Below are positions 23,345-31,842 of a stretch of 32,000 nt of DNA, piece by piece; positions within the stretch are counted from its first letter, which is position 1; the number at the start of each line of letters is the position of its first letter. The stretch comes from Geotalea daltonii FRC-32 (GTDB taxonomy: Bacteria > Desulfobacterota > Desulfuromonadia > Geobacterales > Geobacteraceae), in NCBI RefSeq assembly GCF_000022265.1, contig NC_011979.1:1080001-1112000 (forward strand), given 5' to 3'. The translations under genes and the position numbers were made by a program. Below the pieces are notes generated by a model, which was given only the letters and a program-made list of their open reading frames with translations, was not told the DNA's origin and made no database searches.

Positions 23345-24799
23345 ATGAAAATTCTTTTTGTAGCATCAGAGGTTACACCCTTCGCCAAAAGCGGCGGGCT
23401 GGCGGATGTCACCGGCGCATTGCCGAAAAGCCTGAAAAAACAAGGGCATGACGTGCGCATCATACTTCCCTTTTACAGCGAGGTGGAGAGGGGGGGATAC
23501 GGGATCCGAAAGGGGCGCAAGAGCGTTGACGTGATGATCGGCGGCTCCGTCAAAAGGGGACTGTTCCGCCACACCAATCTAGAGGACATTCCGGTCTATC
23601 TCCTGGAGAACAAGGAATATTTCTCCAGGGACCATCTCTATGGTACGGCTAGTGGTGAATATCCCGATAACCATCTGCGCTTTGCTTTCTTCTGCAGGGG
23701 GGTGCTCGATCTCCTGAAAAAGATGGATTACAGGCCCGACATCATCCATTGCCACGATTGGCAGACGGCCATGATCCCGCTTATCCTGAAAAAAGAGAAG
23801 GGGGACGATCTCTTTTTCAGCAAGACCGGCACGGTTTTCACCATCCATAACCTGGCCTACCAGGGTTTGTTCCCCAAGGAGGCCATGGTGGACATGGGTC
23901 TCGACCCGTCACTGTTCACCATCGATTGTCTTGAGTATTACGGTAAGGTGAACCTAATCAAGGGGGCAATACTTACAGCCGACGTTATCAATACTGTTTC
24001 CGAGACCTATTGCCGTGAGATTCTCACTCCCGAATCCGGTGATGGACTGGATGGAGTGCTGACTTTGCGCAAGAACGATCTGTACGGAGTCTTGAACGGT
24101 ATCGATTATGAACACTGGAATCCGGCGACAGACCGGGGCATAAGTAAAAATTTCACGCCGGGTGCCCCTGCAGGAAAGGCAGCTAACAAAAAGGCCCTGC
24201 AAAAACGCCTCGGCTTGGAAATCGCCGAGGATATCCCCCTGGTCGGCATGGTTTCCCGACTCACCGAGCAGAAAGGCCTCGACCTCCTGGAGGCACTTCT
24301 CCCCAGGATCGCCAAGGCCAAACTGCAGTTGGTGCTGCTTGGCACCGGGGATGAGAAATACCTGAAGCTTTTGCAGGAGTTCGCGGCCCTTGGAACGGAC
24401 AACGTCTCCGTCAATATCGGCTTCCATCCGGAACTCGCGCCGCAGATTTATGCGGGGAGCGACATCTTCCTCATGCCCTCGAGGTACGAGCCATGCGGAT
24501 TGGGCCAGATGATCGCCCTGCGTTACGGAGCCGTTCCCGTGGTCAGAAAAACGGGCGGTCTGGCCGATACCATCTTCGACGAGCGGGACCAGCCAAAGGA
24601 GCCGAACGGTTTCTCCTTTGACGAATATACGCCTGAAGCCTTGTGGGAGGCGTTGTCACGGGCAGTTGAGGCCTATTCCGACAAGGCTGCATGGAAAAAA
24701 ATGATGAAGCGTGGCATGGCTGGCGATTTTTCCTGGAACACTTCTGCTCTGAAATATGAGGAGCTGTATCGTCTGGTCCTCGCCAAAAAGGGGAGGTAG
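23345..24799 (+). CDS. glgA: Glycogen (starch) synthase
   Basis: Motifs seen: MKILFVASEVTPFAKSGGLADV (the KxGGL motif), the IHCHDWQTA region, and the C-terminal PSRYEPCGLGQM. Confidence 0.93.
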   Translation: MKILFVASEVTPFAKSGGLADVTGALPKSLKKQGHDVRIILPFYSEVERGGYGIRKGRKSVDVMIGGSVKRGLFRHTNLEDIPVYLLENKEYFSRDHLYGTASGEYPDNHLRFAFFCRGVLDLLKKMDYRPDIIHCHDWQTAMIPLILKKEKGDDLFFSKTGTVFTIHNLAYQGLFPKEAMVDMGLDPSLFTIDCLEYYGKVNLIKGAILTADVINTVSETYCREILTPESGDGLDGVLTLRKNDLYGVLNGIDYEHWNPATDRGISKNFTPGAPAGKAANKKALQKRLGLEIAEDIPLVGMVSRLTEQKGLDLLEALLPRIAKAKLQLVLLGTGDEKYLKLLQEFAALGTDNVSVNIGFHPELAPQIYAGSDIFLMPSRYEPCGLGQMIALRYGAVPVVRKTGGLADTIFDERDQPKEPNGFSFDEYTPEALWEALSRAVEAYSDKAAWKKMMKRGMAGDFSWNTSALKYEELYRLVLAKKGR

Positions 24800-24802
24800 C
24801 AG

Positions 24803-24955
24803 GTGGCAGAAGAAAAAGACCTTCTGGAAGAACTGACCCAGGAAATCAAGAGGAACATTGACAGCAATAAAAAATTCCTGCAGCGGGTCTTCGACGAGGA
24901 TTTTGAGTCGGAAGACGAGGAAAACGGGGAAGTCGAGGTGTTTGAGGAGCTGTAG
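24803..24955 (+). CDS. Unannotated 50-aa highly acidic small ORF, translationally coupled to glgA
   Basis: The GTG at 24803 lies 3 nt after the glgA stop, with a GGGGAGG Shine-Dalgarno 7 nt upstream. Hand translation: MAEEKDLLEELTQEIKRNIDSNKKFLQRVFDEDFESEDEENGEVEVFEEL. The operon terminator follows. The ORF falls below the size cutoff of the ORF track. Confidence 0.5.
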   Translation: MAEEKDLLEELTQEIKRNIDSNKKFLQRVFDEDFESEDEENGEVEVFEEL

Positions 24956-24979
24956 GCCAAAGCACCACTTGGTTACTAG

Positions 24980-25014
24980 AAGCCGCTCTCGGAAAGGGAG
25001 CGGCTTTTCTGTTT
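24980..25014 (+). terminator. Rho-independent terminator of the glycogen operon
   Basis: The stem is AAGCCGCTC (24980-24988) / GAGCGGCTT (24998-25006), followed by TTTTCTGTTT. Confidence 0.75.
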
Positions 25015-25083
25015 CGCATGGGAGCAAACAGGTGAAAGAGAAACACAAAGTGTTTGTACATTGTTCCACGAGTTTCGCTGGTG

Positions 25084-25113
25084 TTGACATTCGGCAAAGG
25101 TCCGCAATAATAA
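25084..25113 (+). promoter_or_regulatory. Candidate sigma70 promoter for the 25174 operon
   Basis: TTGACA (25084-25089), a 17-18 nt spacer, then ATAATA/TAATAA (25107-25113). An AGGAGAG Shine-Dalgarno precedes the ATG at 25174. Confidence 0.4.
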
Positions 25114-25173
25114 ATCCTCAAGGGTGCAACGTGCCGACAAGGCGCGTCTGTTGCAGGCAGCAGGAGAGCGGAC

Positions 25174-26274
25174 ATGCCAATTATTCCCAGATATATTCCA
25201 CCTGATTTTACCACGGCAAAGCTGGTCAACGCTCCGGTAGCAAAAACGGCGCCGGCTCCCCGGCAAGGGGTGGCGCCGGATAACTTCCACGGCACGTCCA
25301 ATCACCCCGAGTACATTCACCTGGGGCGGGGCAAATGGCTGCTGGTTTCCGAGAGTCGCATGGATGCGGTGCTGCTCCTGCGGGGAGAAACAGTGGCGGT
25401 GATCGAGGCGCGGCGCCTGCAAAAAGGGGATCCAGTGGTTGTGGGGAGGACAGAAGACGGGGAAGAAGGCATATACGTTCATTCTGACGGTTTTGCCAAA
25501 ACCGGTGTTGCAGGAGCTGAAAAATTCTCTTTCCGTACCCGTGATACCCGCGAGACCCCTTTTTCCCGCTCCTATGATCAATTGTACCGGATTTTGCGCC
25601 ATGATCGGCAAAACGGCCATATTGTCTGGGTTCTCGGCCCGGCGGTGGCATTTGACAAGGATAGCCGCAGTGCCATGCAGGGGATTATCGAGGCGGGATA
25701 CTGCCACGCATTACTGGCCGGCAACGCCCTGGCCACCCACGACTTGGAAGCTGCCCTGTTTCGCACCGGGCTGGGACAGGACATATATACCCAGGCATTG
25801 ATGCCGCACGGCCACTACAATCATCTGGAAATCATCAACCGGGTGCGCAGCTACGGTTCGATACCTGCGGCTGTTGCTGCCCTTAAGCTGAAAGACGGGA
25901 TCATCTGGGCTTGTGAAAAACGGCAGGTTCCCTATGTGCTTGCCGGTTCCATTCGGGATGACGGACCGCTGCCGGAAGTGATCACCGATGTCTGTCAGGC
26001 CCAGGATGCCATGCGAGTGCAGGGGAAAAAAGCCACCACCGTAATTGCCGTGGCTACCCAGCTCCACTCCATTGCCTTCGGCAACATGGTGCCCGGATAC
26101 AAGGTGCTGGACAACGGCGAAGTCCGTCCGGTCTTCTTCTATGTCGTCGACATGACCGAGTTCTCTGCCGATAAGCTGGCCAATCGGGGTTCCGTTCAGG
26201 CGGTTGCCATTTTGACCAATGCCCAGGATTTCATGGTGAACCTGTGGCACAACCTTGATGACAGGAACGCCTGA
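25174..26274 (+). CDS. TIGR00300 / LOR-SDH-like family protein (putative ornithine cyclodeaminase type); assignment from memory
   Basis: The segments LLAGNALATHDLE, GHYNHLEIINRVRSYGSI, VLAGSIRDDGPLPEVI and ATQLHSIAFGNM resemble the family fused to ArgZ/AgrE arginine-catabolic enzymes as I recall them. The gene lies directly upstream of arginase. Confidence 0.45.
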   Translation: MPIIPRYIPPDFTTAKLVNAPVAKTAPAPRQGVAPDNFHGTSNHPEYIHLGRGKWLLVSESRMDAVLLLRGETVAVIEARRLQKGDPVVVGRTEDGEEGIYVHSDGFAKTGVAGAEKFSFRTRDTRETPFSRSYDQLYRILRHDRQNGHIVWVLGPAVAFDKDSRSAMQGIIEAGYCHALLAGNALATHDLEAALFRTGLGQDIYTQALMPHGHYNHLEIINRVRSYGSIPAAVAALKLKDGIIWACEKRQVPYVLAGSIRDDGPLPEVITDVCQAQDAMRVQGKKATTVIAVATQLHSIAFGNMVPGYKVLDNGEVRPVFFYVVDMTEFSADKLANRGSVQAVAILTNAQDFMVNLWHNLDDRNA

Positions 26275-26311
26275 TGGTTTTCAGGGACTGCAGCAGCTTA
26301 AGGGGGGAAAT

Positions 26312-27202
26312 GTGCGGAGTAAAATAAAGCTGATCGGTGTGCCCCTTGACCTGGGGCAGTCCCATCGTGGAGTGGATATGGGACCCAGCGCCGTGCGCTA
26401 TGCAGGGTTGGCTGTACGGCTGGCAAACCTGGGTCATGAGGTGTGGGATTGCGGTAACCTTTCGGTACCGGTGCGGGAGACCCTTTCCACCGCCAGGGAT
26501 GTTGCCTATCTGGCAGCCATAACCAGGGTCTGCAAAGGAGCCTATCAGGCTGCAAGAGATGCAGTCGGGCATGGATTCACGCCGGTATTTATCGGCGGCG
26601 ACCATTCCCTGGCCATCGGCACCATCGGCGGCATTACCGAAGAGGAACCGGCCGGAGTAATCTACATTGATGCCCACGGTGATTTCAACACGCCGAAGAC
26701 TTCGCCATCGGGCAACATCCACGGCATGGTCCTCTCCCATCTCTTGGGTGACGGCTATGCAAGGCTGGTTAATCTGGGACGAAAGGGACCGAAACTGAAA
26801 GCGGAGGATGTGGTTTTGGTGGGGGTGCGCGACCTTGACCCAAAGGAGAGGCTTCGCCTCAAGGAACAGAGGATCAGGGTGTTCACCATGCGGGATATCG
26901 ACGAACAGGGCATGGGAAATATTGCCCGCCAGAGCCTGGATATTCTTGGCCACCACAGTCGGATTCATGTCAGTCTTGATGCAGATGTACTCGACCCCAT
27001 GGAGGCCCCGGGGGTCGGCACTCCTACCCCCGGCGGCATAACCTATCGTGAGGCTCAGCTGCTCATGGAAATAATCGCCGACAGCAGGCGACTATCCTCT
27101 CTTGATGTGGTGGAGATTAACCCTGTTTTCGACAACCGCAACCACAGCGCCATGGTCGTCAGCGACCTGACCGCATCCATTTTCGGAGAAAGAATTCTCT
27201 GA
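26312..27202 (+). CDS. rocF: Arginase
   Basis: By eye the product is closely collinear with Bacillus RocF. Shared segments: [66 protein letters not shown] and [14 protein letters not shown]. The GTG at 26312 has an AAGGGGGG Shine-Dalgarno and gives a 296-aa product. Confidence 0.88.
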   Translation: MRSKIKLIGVPLDLGQSHRGVDMGPSAVRYAGLAVRLANLGHEVWDCGNLSVPVRETLSTARDVAYLAAITRVCKGAYQAARDAVGHGFTPVFIGGDHSLAIGTIGGITEEEPAGVIYIDAHGDFNTPKTSPSGNIHGMVLSHLLGDGYARLVNLGRKGPKLKAEDVVLVGVRDLDPKERLRLKEQRIRVFTMRDIDEQGMGNIARQSLDILGHHSRIHVSLDADVLDPMEAPGVGTPTPGGITYREAQLLMEIIADSRRLSSLDVVEINPVFDNRNHSAMVVSDLTASIFGERIL

Positions 27203-27436
27203 AAGCATTCATCCTTGTTTCCGTTGGGCCTTAGCAAAAAAAGGTTCATCCGGGAATTCTGTGAAATGAACGGCAGTCGCGACATCGTCCGTTCGCTCTG
27301 TCGCCACAGCTGCGGACCTTGCGGTGCCGCCCGCTAATGGTGCCCTATGTTTGAATTGGCGGGTGTCCGCTCGCCGCTGTAGCTCGTCGCTCTCTCCCGA
27401 TGCCACGACTGCCTTCCCCGAAAATGTCTGAAGAAC

Positions 27437-27477
27437 CAAAAAAAGCCCCCCGGAATTGCTTCCGGAGGGCTTTTTGT
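27437..27477. terminator. Bidirectional Rho-independent terminator
   Basis: The stem AGCCCCCCGGAA (27444-27455) / TTCCGGAGGGCT (27460-27471) is flanked by an A-run on one side and a T-run on the other. It lies 19 nt beyond the stop of the minus-strand cytochrome gene. Confidence 0.75.
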
Positions 27478-27495
27478 TACTGCTGCTGACCTGTT

Positions 27496-29022
27496 CTATT
27501 TTTCGTGGCTGCCGCCGCCGGGAACATCTTCGCCGCCGGCTGTGTGGCACTCACTGCAGTTTGTCCGATAAATCTCATTGCCGATATCGACCGGGTGAAC
27601 GAAATCTTTCACTGCCTTTCCGGCAGGGATGTTTTCCTGTTTCTGGCTGAGGACGGTATGGCAGAGATTGCAGTCCTTGGAGATAATTTTCCCCTGGGGC
27701 GACTTGTGCTTCCCATCATGGCAGCGGAAACACCCTGGTGTGTAGAAATGACCGATGTGGTTAGGATAGGTATTCCAGGACACCTTCATTTCCGGGAAGA
27801 AATTACGGCTGTAAATGGCTTGAATTTCCTCAACGGCTTTATTAATGGCCGCGGTCTTATCTGCGGCTACCTTCGGGTAGTTTTTATTGTAGTAGTCGTG
27901 GAGTCCGGTGGCAATTGCCGTCTTGGCCTCGGCAGCTGTCTTGTAAGGCTTGGTCAAAAGCTCGACGGCCACTTTTTTCACATATGGAAGCGAGGCATCG
28001 ATGTGGCCGCTGACAAAATTCTCATCCATCTCCTGCCCAGGCGAACGGTAGATGTGAGTCGGCCGGTTATGACAATCGGTGCAGTCCATGAGCCGCTTCT
28101 TGGCCTTGGCTATCTGCTCCTTGGTCATGGGTTTCTCTGTGCTCATGTATTCGGTGACCTTGCCGTCCTTTTCCTTGACAGAGATGTACGGAATTTCCAG
28201 GCGTTTTTTATCGGTGGCGATATAGGTAACCTCGCTGCCGATATGCCAGTGGATACCCTTGGCATGCGGTGTTTTCGGTGTGCCGCCGATGTTGATCAGC
28301 AGGTTGATCTCCCGCGGGGTATTGTCTTCGTTAGGCGCGTAATGGTAGAAGACCTTCTGCCGCCCTGAGTAGAATTTTTCAGGCCAGTGGCAATGCTCGC
28401 ATGTATCACGAGCCGGACGCAGATTCTCGATAGGGGTCTCGATGGGGGTCGGGAAGGAATGGCTCAACACGGCATATACCTGGCGCAGACCGGAGATCTT
28501 GGCCTTGACGTACCACTCGGCACCAGGTCCAACGTGGCACTCGACACATTTGACTTTGGCATGGGGGGAGTTGCTCCATGCGGTGTGCTCGGGAGTCATG
28601 ACCGTGTGGCAGAGCTCACCGCAGAAGGTGGTTGACTCGGTGAACTCGAAACCCTTGATGGATGCTATGGAAACGATGAGTACGAAGATGAAGGTGGCAA
28701 CGACAAAGAAAATGAAAAAACGGCGCTTATGTGGATCGTTAAGGTCTATGCGGGGGAACGGCGGAATTTCGGCTGGGGCACCACTACGCATCTGGGCTCT
28801 GACACGAAAGGCGCCGATCGGCACAAGAATCAGACCGAATATGAGCATTCCTGGAAAGGCAAAGTAAACGAGAAGTCCAAGGTACGGGTTCTCGACGCCG
28901 GTGATCATTTCCATGGCCAGAAAGGCTATGATGAGACCGGTGGCAACTGCAGCCAGAATGATGCCTATAAGGCTGATGGTGTTGTACAAGTAGCGGGAAA
29001 TCTGTGTTCTAGGTTTGGTCAT
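27496..29022 (-). CDS. imcH: ImcH-like inner-membrane multiheme c-type cytochrome (NapC/NirT-related), 7 CxxCH
   Basis: Three N-terminal TM helices are followed by seven heme motifs: CGELCH, CVECH, CEHCH, CTDCH, CFRCH, CNLCH and CSECH. This matches the published description of Geobacter ImcH (3 TM, 7 hemes, NapC/NirT homology). Confidence 0.65.
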   Translation of the reverse strand: MTKPRTQISRYLYNTISLIGIILAAVATGLIIAFLAMEMITGVENPYLGLLVYFAFPGMLIFGLILVPIGAFRVRAQMRSGAPAEIPPFPRIDLNDPHKRRFFIFFVVATFIFVLIVSIASIKGFEFTESTTFCGELCHTVMTPEHTAWSNSPHAKVKCVECHVGPGAEWYVKAKISGLRQVYAVLSHSFPTPIETPIENLRPARDTCEHCHWPEKFYSGRQKVFYHYAPNEDNTPREINLLINIGGTPKTPHAKGIHWHIGSEVTYIATDKKRLEIPYISVKEKDGKVTEYMSTEKPMTKEQIAKAKKRLMDCTDCHNRPTHIYRSPGQEMDENFVSGHIDASLPYVKKVAVELLTKPYKTAAEAKTAIATGLHDYYNKNYPKVAADKTAAINKAVEEIQAIYSRNFFPEMKVSWNTYPNHIGHFYTPGCFRCHDGKHKSPQGKIISKDCNLCHTVLSQKQENIPAGKAVKDFVHPVDIGNEIYRTNCSECHTAGGEDVPGGGSHEK

Positions 29023-29082
29023 TGTTCCTCCGTCGGTGGGTATATTAAGAATAACTCGTAAAATTGGCAGTTTAGATTGACA

Positions 29083-29112
29083 AAATTACAATGGGAGTCG
29101 ATGATTTGTCAA
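29083..29112 (-). promoter_or_regulatory. Candidate promoter for the ImcH-like gene
   Basis: On the minus strand: TTGACA (29112-29107), an 18-nt spacer, then TAATTT (29088-29083). The element lies about 60 nt upstream of the start codon at 29022. Confidence 0.3.
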
Positions 29113-29330
29113 ATTAAAAAACTAATGAGTTTTGTTAAACTGGAACAATGTTTTGTGTTTAATGATAGTTGTTTCGACGAAGTTTCAGCTGGTTATGGGA
29201 ATTGGTTGAGCAAGTTAATCGTTTTAAATTACGCAATTATAAAGTTGTAATTTGTTGCGGGTACTGTTTCTTTTGCTACAGTTTAATTTAATGTAAATTC
29301 GGGCCGAAAACAAGACCGGCAGGAGGAATT

Positions 29331-29804
29331 GTGAAAAACCATGTCTGGCGCCCTCTGTATGTGGCCCTCTGCATTGTTGCGCTGATCCTGATTGTCAGGG
29401 TGGTGGCCGTGCCGAAAGACTTCGGTGTTCACGACCGGGGGTACATGTACGGCTGGTATCGGCTGGGGAATGAAAAGGAATGGAGAAACTTCAAAGTCAA
29501 GTATAAGACCAGTGCTTACTGCATGAGCTGTCACAGTGATATTTATGAGGATCTGCAACGGTCCCCCCATGCGCGGATCATGTGCGAAGACTGCCACGGC
29601 CCTGCTCTCGGCCATCCCGATGATCCACCTACTCTGACCATAAACAGGGAGCGTAAGCTGTGTTTACGGTGCCATAGTTATCTTCCCTACAAGACAAGTG
29701 GCAGAGGGAAAATCCGTGGTGTCGATCCTGATACCCACAATCCTGAGGCTGAATGTGTGCTGTGTCATTATCCACACAATCCCGTGAAGGAGGGAAGCAA
29801 ATGA
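29331..29804 (+). CDS. Membrane-anchored tetraheme c-type cytochrome
   Basis: The GTG start follows an AGGAGG Shine-Dalgarno. An N-terminal TM helix (LYVALCIVALILIVRVVAV) is followed by four CxxCH motifs: CMSCH, CEDCH, CLRCH and CVLCH. Confidence 0.85.
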   Translation: MKNHVWRPLYVALCIVALILIVRVVAVPKDFGVHDRGYMYGWYRLGNEKEWRNFKVKYKTSAYCMSCHSDIYEDLQRSPHARIMCEDCHGPALGHPDDPPTLTINRERKLCLRCHSYLPYKTSGRGKIRGVDPDTHNPEAECVLCHYPHNPVKEGSK

Positions 29805-30586
29805 TTACGCGGAGAAAGTTCTGCAAAAACGCCCTCCTTGTGGCGGGAGGAATTGCTTTGCCCCTGACGGCCCTGGAATGGTTCGATCCGAAAAGGCTTC
29901 ATGCCGATAAAAATGACTCCGCCAGCTTGAGATGGGGATTCCTGGTTGATACCCATAAATGCGTTGGTTGTGGCATGTGCGTAAAGGCCTGCAAAATTGA
30001 AAACGAGATACCCTATGATGCCGATGTTTCCAGGACCTGGGTGGAGCGCTACATTGTTACCAAAGACGGCCGTACCCACATCGACTCGCCAAAGGCCGCC
30101 CGCGACGGTTTTGTCGACAAAAAGGTCGATCTGGGAGAAGGGCATATGGAGGAGATAAAGGACGAGGACATCGAAAAGGCCTTTTTCGTCCCCAAGCTCT
30201 GCAATCAGTGCGACAATCCACCATGCGTTCAGGTCTGCCCCGTGGGTGCCACTTACCAGACGGCCGACGGGGTTGTACTGGTCGATCGTTCCTGGTGCAT
30301 CGGATGCGGCTACTGTATAATGGGCTGCCCTTACGGGGTCCGTTTTTTCCACCCGGTCTACCGGGTTGCCGAAAAATGTAACTTCTGCTACCACCGCATC
30401 AGCCAAGGGATGAAAACCGCCTGTGTCGATGCCTGCCCCTTTGATGCAAGGCGGGTCGGCAACCTGAGGGACCCGTCCGATCCGGTTACCAAGGTCATAA
30501 TGACCGAGCGTGTCGCCGTGCTCAAGGAAGAATATGGGACCAAACCCCAGGTGTTTTACCTGGGGCTTTCCAGGGAGGTGAGGTAG
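29801..30586 (+). CDS. Tat-exported 4Fe-4S ferredoxin-type subunit (NrfC/PsrB/HybA family)
   Basis: The ATG at 29801 overlaps the upstream stop (ATGA). The product has the twin-arginine signal MITRRKFCKNALLVAGG and the cluster motifs CVGCGMCVKAC, CNQCDNPPCVQVCP, CIGCGYCIMGCP and CNFC...CVDACP. Confidence 0.88.
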   Translation: MITRRKFCKNALLVAGGIALPLTALEWFDPKRLHADKNDSASLRWGFLVDTHKCVGCGMCVKACKIENEIPYDADVSRTWVERYIVTKDGRTHIDSPKAARDGFVDKKVDLGEGHMEEIKDEDIEKAFFVPKLCNQCDNPPCVQVCPVGATYQTADGVVLVDRSWCIGCGYCIMGCPYGVRFFHPVYRVAEKCNFCYHRISQGMKTACVDACPFDARRVGNLRDPSDPVTKVIMTERVAVLKEEYGTKPQVFYLGLSREVR

Positions 30587-30588
30587 CC

Positions 30589-31842
30589 ATGGTGCATGGT
30601 GAAGCTTGGACACTGAAAGAATTCTTCGTTTATCCCAATGAATACATTTACTGGACCATCCAGATAGTCATGTATCCCTTCATGACCGGACTGGTCGCCG
30701 GAGCCTTCGTCCTCTCATCCCTTTATCACGTTTTTGGCGTGAAGCAATTGAAGGATATTGCCCGTTTTTCCCTGGTTTTTTCCTTTGCCCTGCTACCGGT
30801 TGCCATGATGCCGCTCATGCTGCACCTGCAGCAGCCTCAGCGGGGCTTCTCGGTTATGCTGACCCCCCATTTCACCTCAGCCATTGCTGCTTTCGGCATT
30901 GTTTTTTCCACCTATGGCATGATCGTCGCCTCCGAGCTTTGGTTTGTCTACCGCCGCCATTTTGTCACTACTGCCACTCAACTGGCTACCACCGACAATG
31001 GAAGTATTGGTGACCGGATCCGCAGGCTGCTCTTTTCCGCGTTGACTTTGGGTGCTCGCGATGTCAGCGAAGAAGCATTGGCAAGGGATGAGAAGGCAGT
31101 CAAGGTGCTGGCTGCCGTGGGAATCCCCGTTGCCTGCTTTCTCCACGGCTATGCCGGCTTCATTTTTGGCTCGGTGAAGGCCAACGCCCTGTGGATGACC
31201 CCGCTGATGCCGGTAATCTTCATCTGCTCTGCTGTGGTTTCCGGTATCGCCCTTTGTATTCTGACCTATATTGCCACCATGGAGATCAGGAAACTCATTG
31301 TCGCCTGGCAGAAAAAGCACGAGCTGGCATTGTTGACCCATGAAGAGTTGAAGAGTGCCGAGATACACGTAGTTACCATGACTTCGCGCTACCTGATCAT
31401 GTTCCTGGTTCTTGCCATCACCCTGGAACTGCTGGACTTGATTTTCCGTGGATATACGGCCGTCAAGTCGTGGGATATCCTGCGCAGCGTCATCTATGGC
31501 CGGGACTTCGTCAATATATTCATTCTTCAGTATGGCCTGGGGAACCTGGTGCCGTTCATTCTCTTTCTCATTCCCGGCCTGACCATCCGCCGGGCGGCTG
31601 CAGGCTCTCTGCTGGTGCTGCTGGGGGTATTCATGATGCGCTGGAATGTGGTCATCGGCGGACAGGCTTTTTCCTCGTCCTTTGCCGGGTTCATGCACTA
31701 TCAGCTGCCCATCTGGCCCCATGATATGGAGACATTCAAGGAGGGGTTGTTCGGGGCGCTGATGGTGGCGATTACGCCTTTCGCCCTCTTCTGGCTGGTG
31801 ACAAGGGTTCTGCCGGTATTCAACCGGGATGATAGCCACTGA
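30589..31842 (+). CDS. NrfD/PsrC-family polytopic quinone-interacting membrane subunit
   Basis: The 417-aa product has about 10 hydrophobic helices. The gene starts 2 nt after the Fe-S subunit gene, which is the typical NrfCD-type gene order. Confidence 0.8.
   Translation: MVHGEAWTLKEFFVYPNEYIYWTIQIVMYPFMTGLVAGAFVLSSLYHVFGVKQLKDIARFSLVFSFALLPVAMMPLMLHLQQPQRGFSVMLTPHFTSAIAAFGIVFSTYGMIVASELWFVYRRHFVTTATQLATTDNGSIGDRIRRLLFSALTLGARDVSEEALARDEKAVKVLAAVGIPVACFLHGYAGFIFGSVKANALWMTPLMPVIFICSAVVSGIALCILTYIATMEIRKLIVAWQKKHELALLTHEELKSAEIHVVTMTSRYLIMFLVLAITLELLDLIFRGYTAVKSWDILRSVIYGRDFVNIFILQYGLGNLVPFILFLIPGLTIRRAAAGSLLVLLGVFMMRWNVVIGGQAFSSSFAGFMHYQLPIWPHDMETFKEGLFGALMVAITPFALFWLVTRVLPVFNRDDSH

Noticed and set aside
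24976-26968. Minus-strand ORFs 24976-25707, 25711-26250 and 26231-26968
   Set aside because: They are antisense to the TIGR00300-like and arginase genes, and one crosses the promoter/terminator region at 24980-25113.
27505-28368. 287-aa plus-strand ORF, and ORFs 28387-29061
   Set aside because: They are antisense to the 7-heme cytochrome gene, whose CxxCH motifs fix the coding strand.
29140-29160. Sigma-54 type promoter (TGGAAC-N-TTTGT) upstream of the tetraheme cytochrome operon
   Set aside because: The GG-to-GC spacing is off by one and the -12 element is TTTGT rather than TTGC, so the match is not convincing.
29768-31839. Minus-strand ORFs of 281 aa (29768-30613) and 320 aa (30877-31839)
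   Set aside because: They are antisense to the Fe-S subunit (clear Cys-cluster motifs) and to the NrfD-like membrane protein. Their products are hydrophilic and His/Gly/Gln-rich with no motifs.
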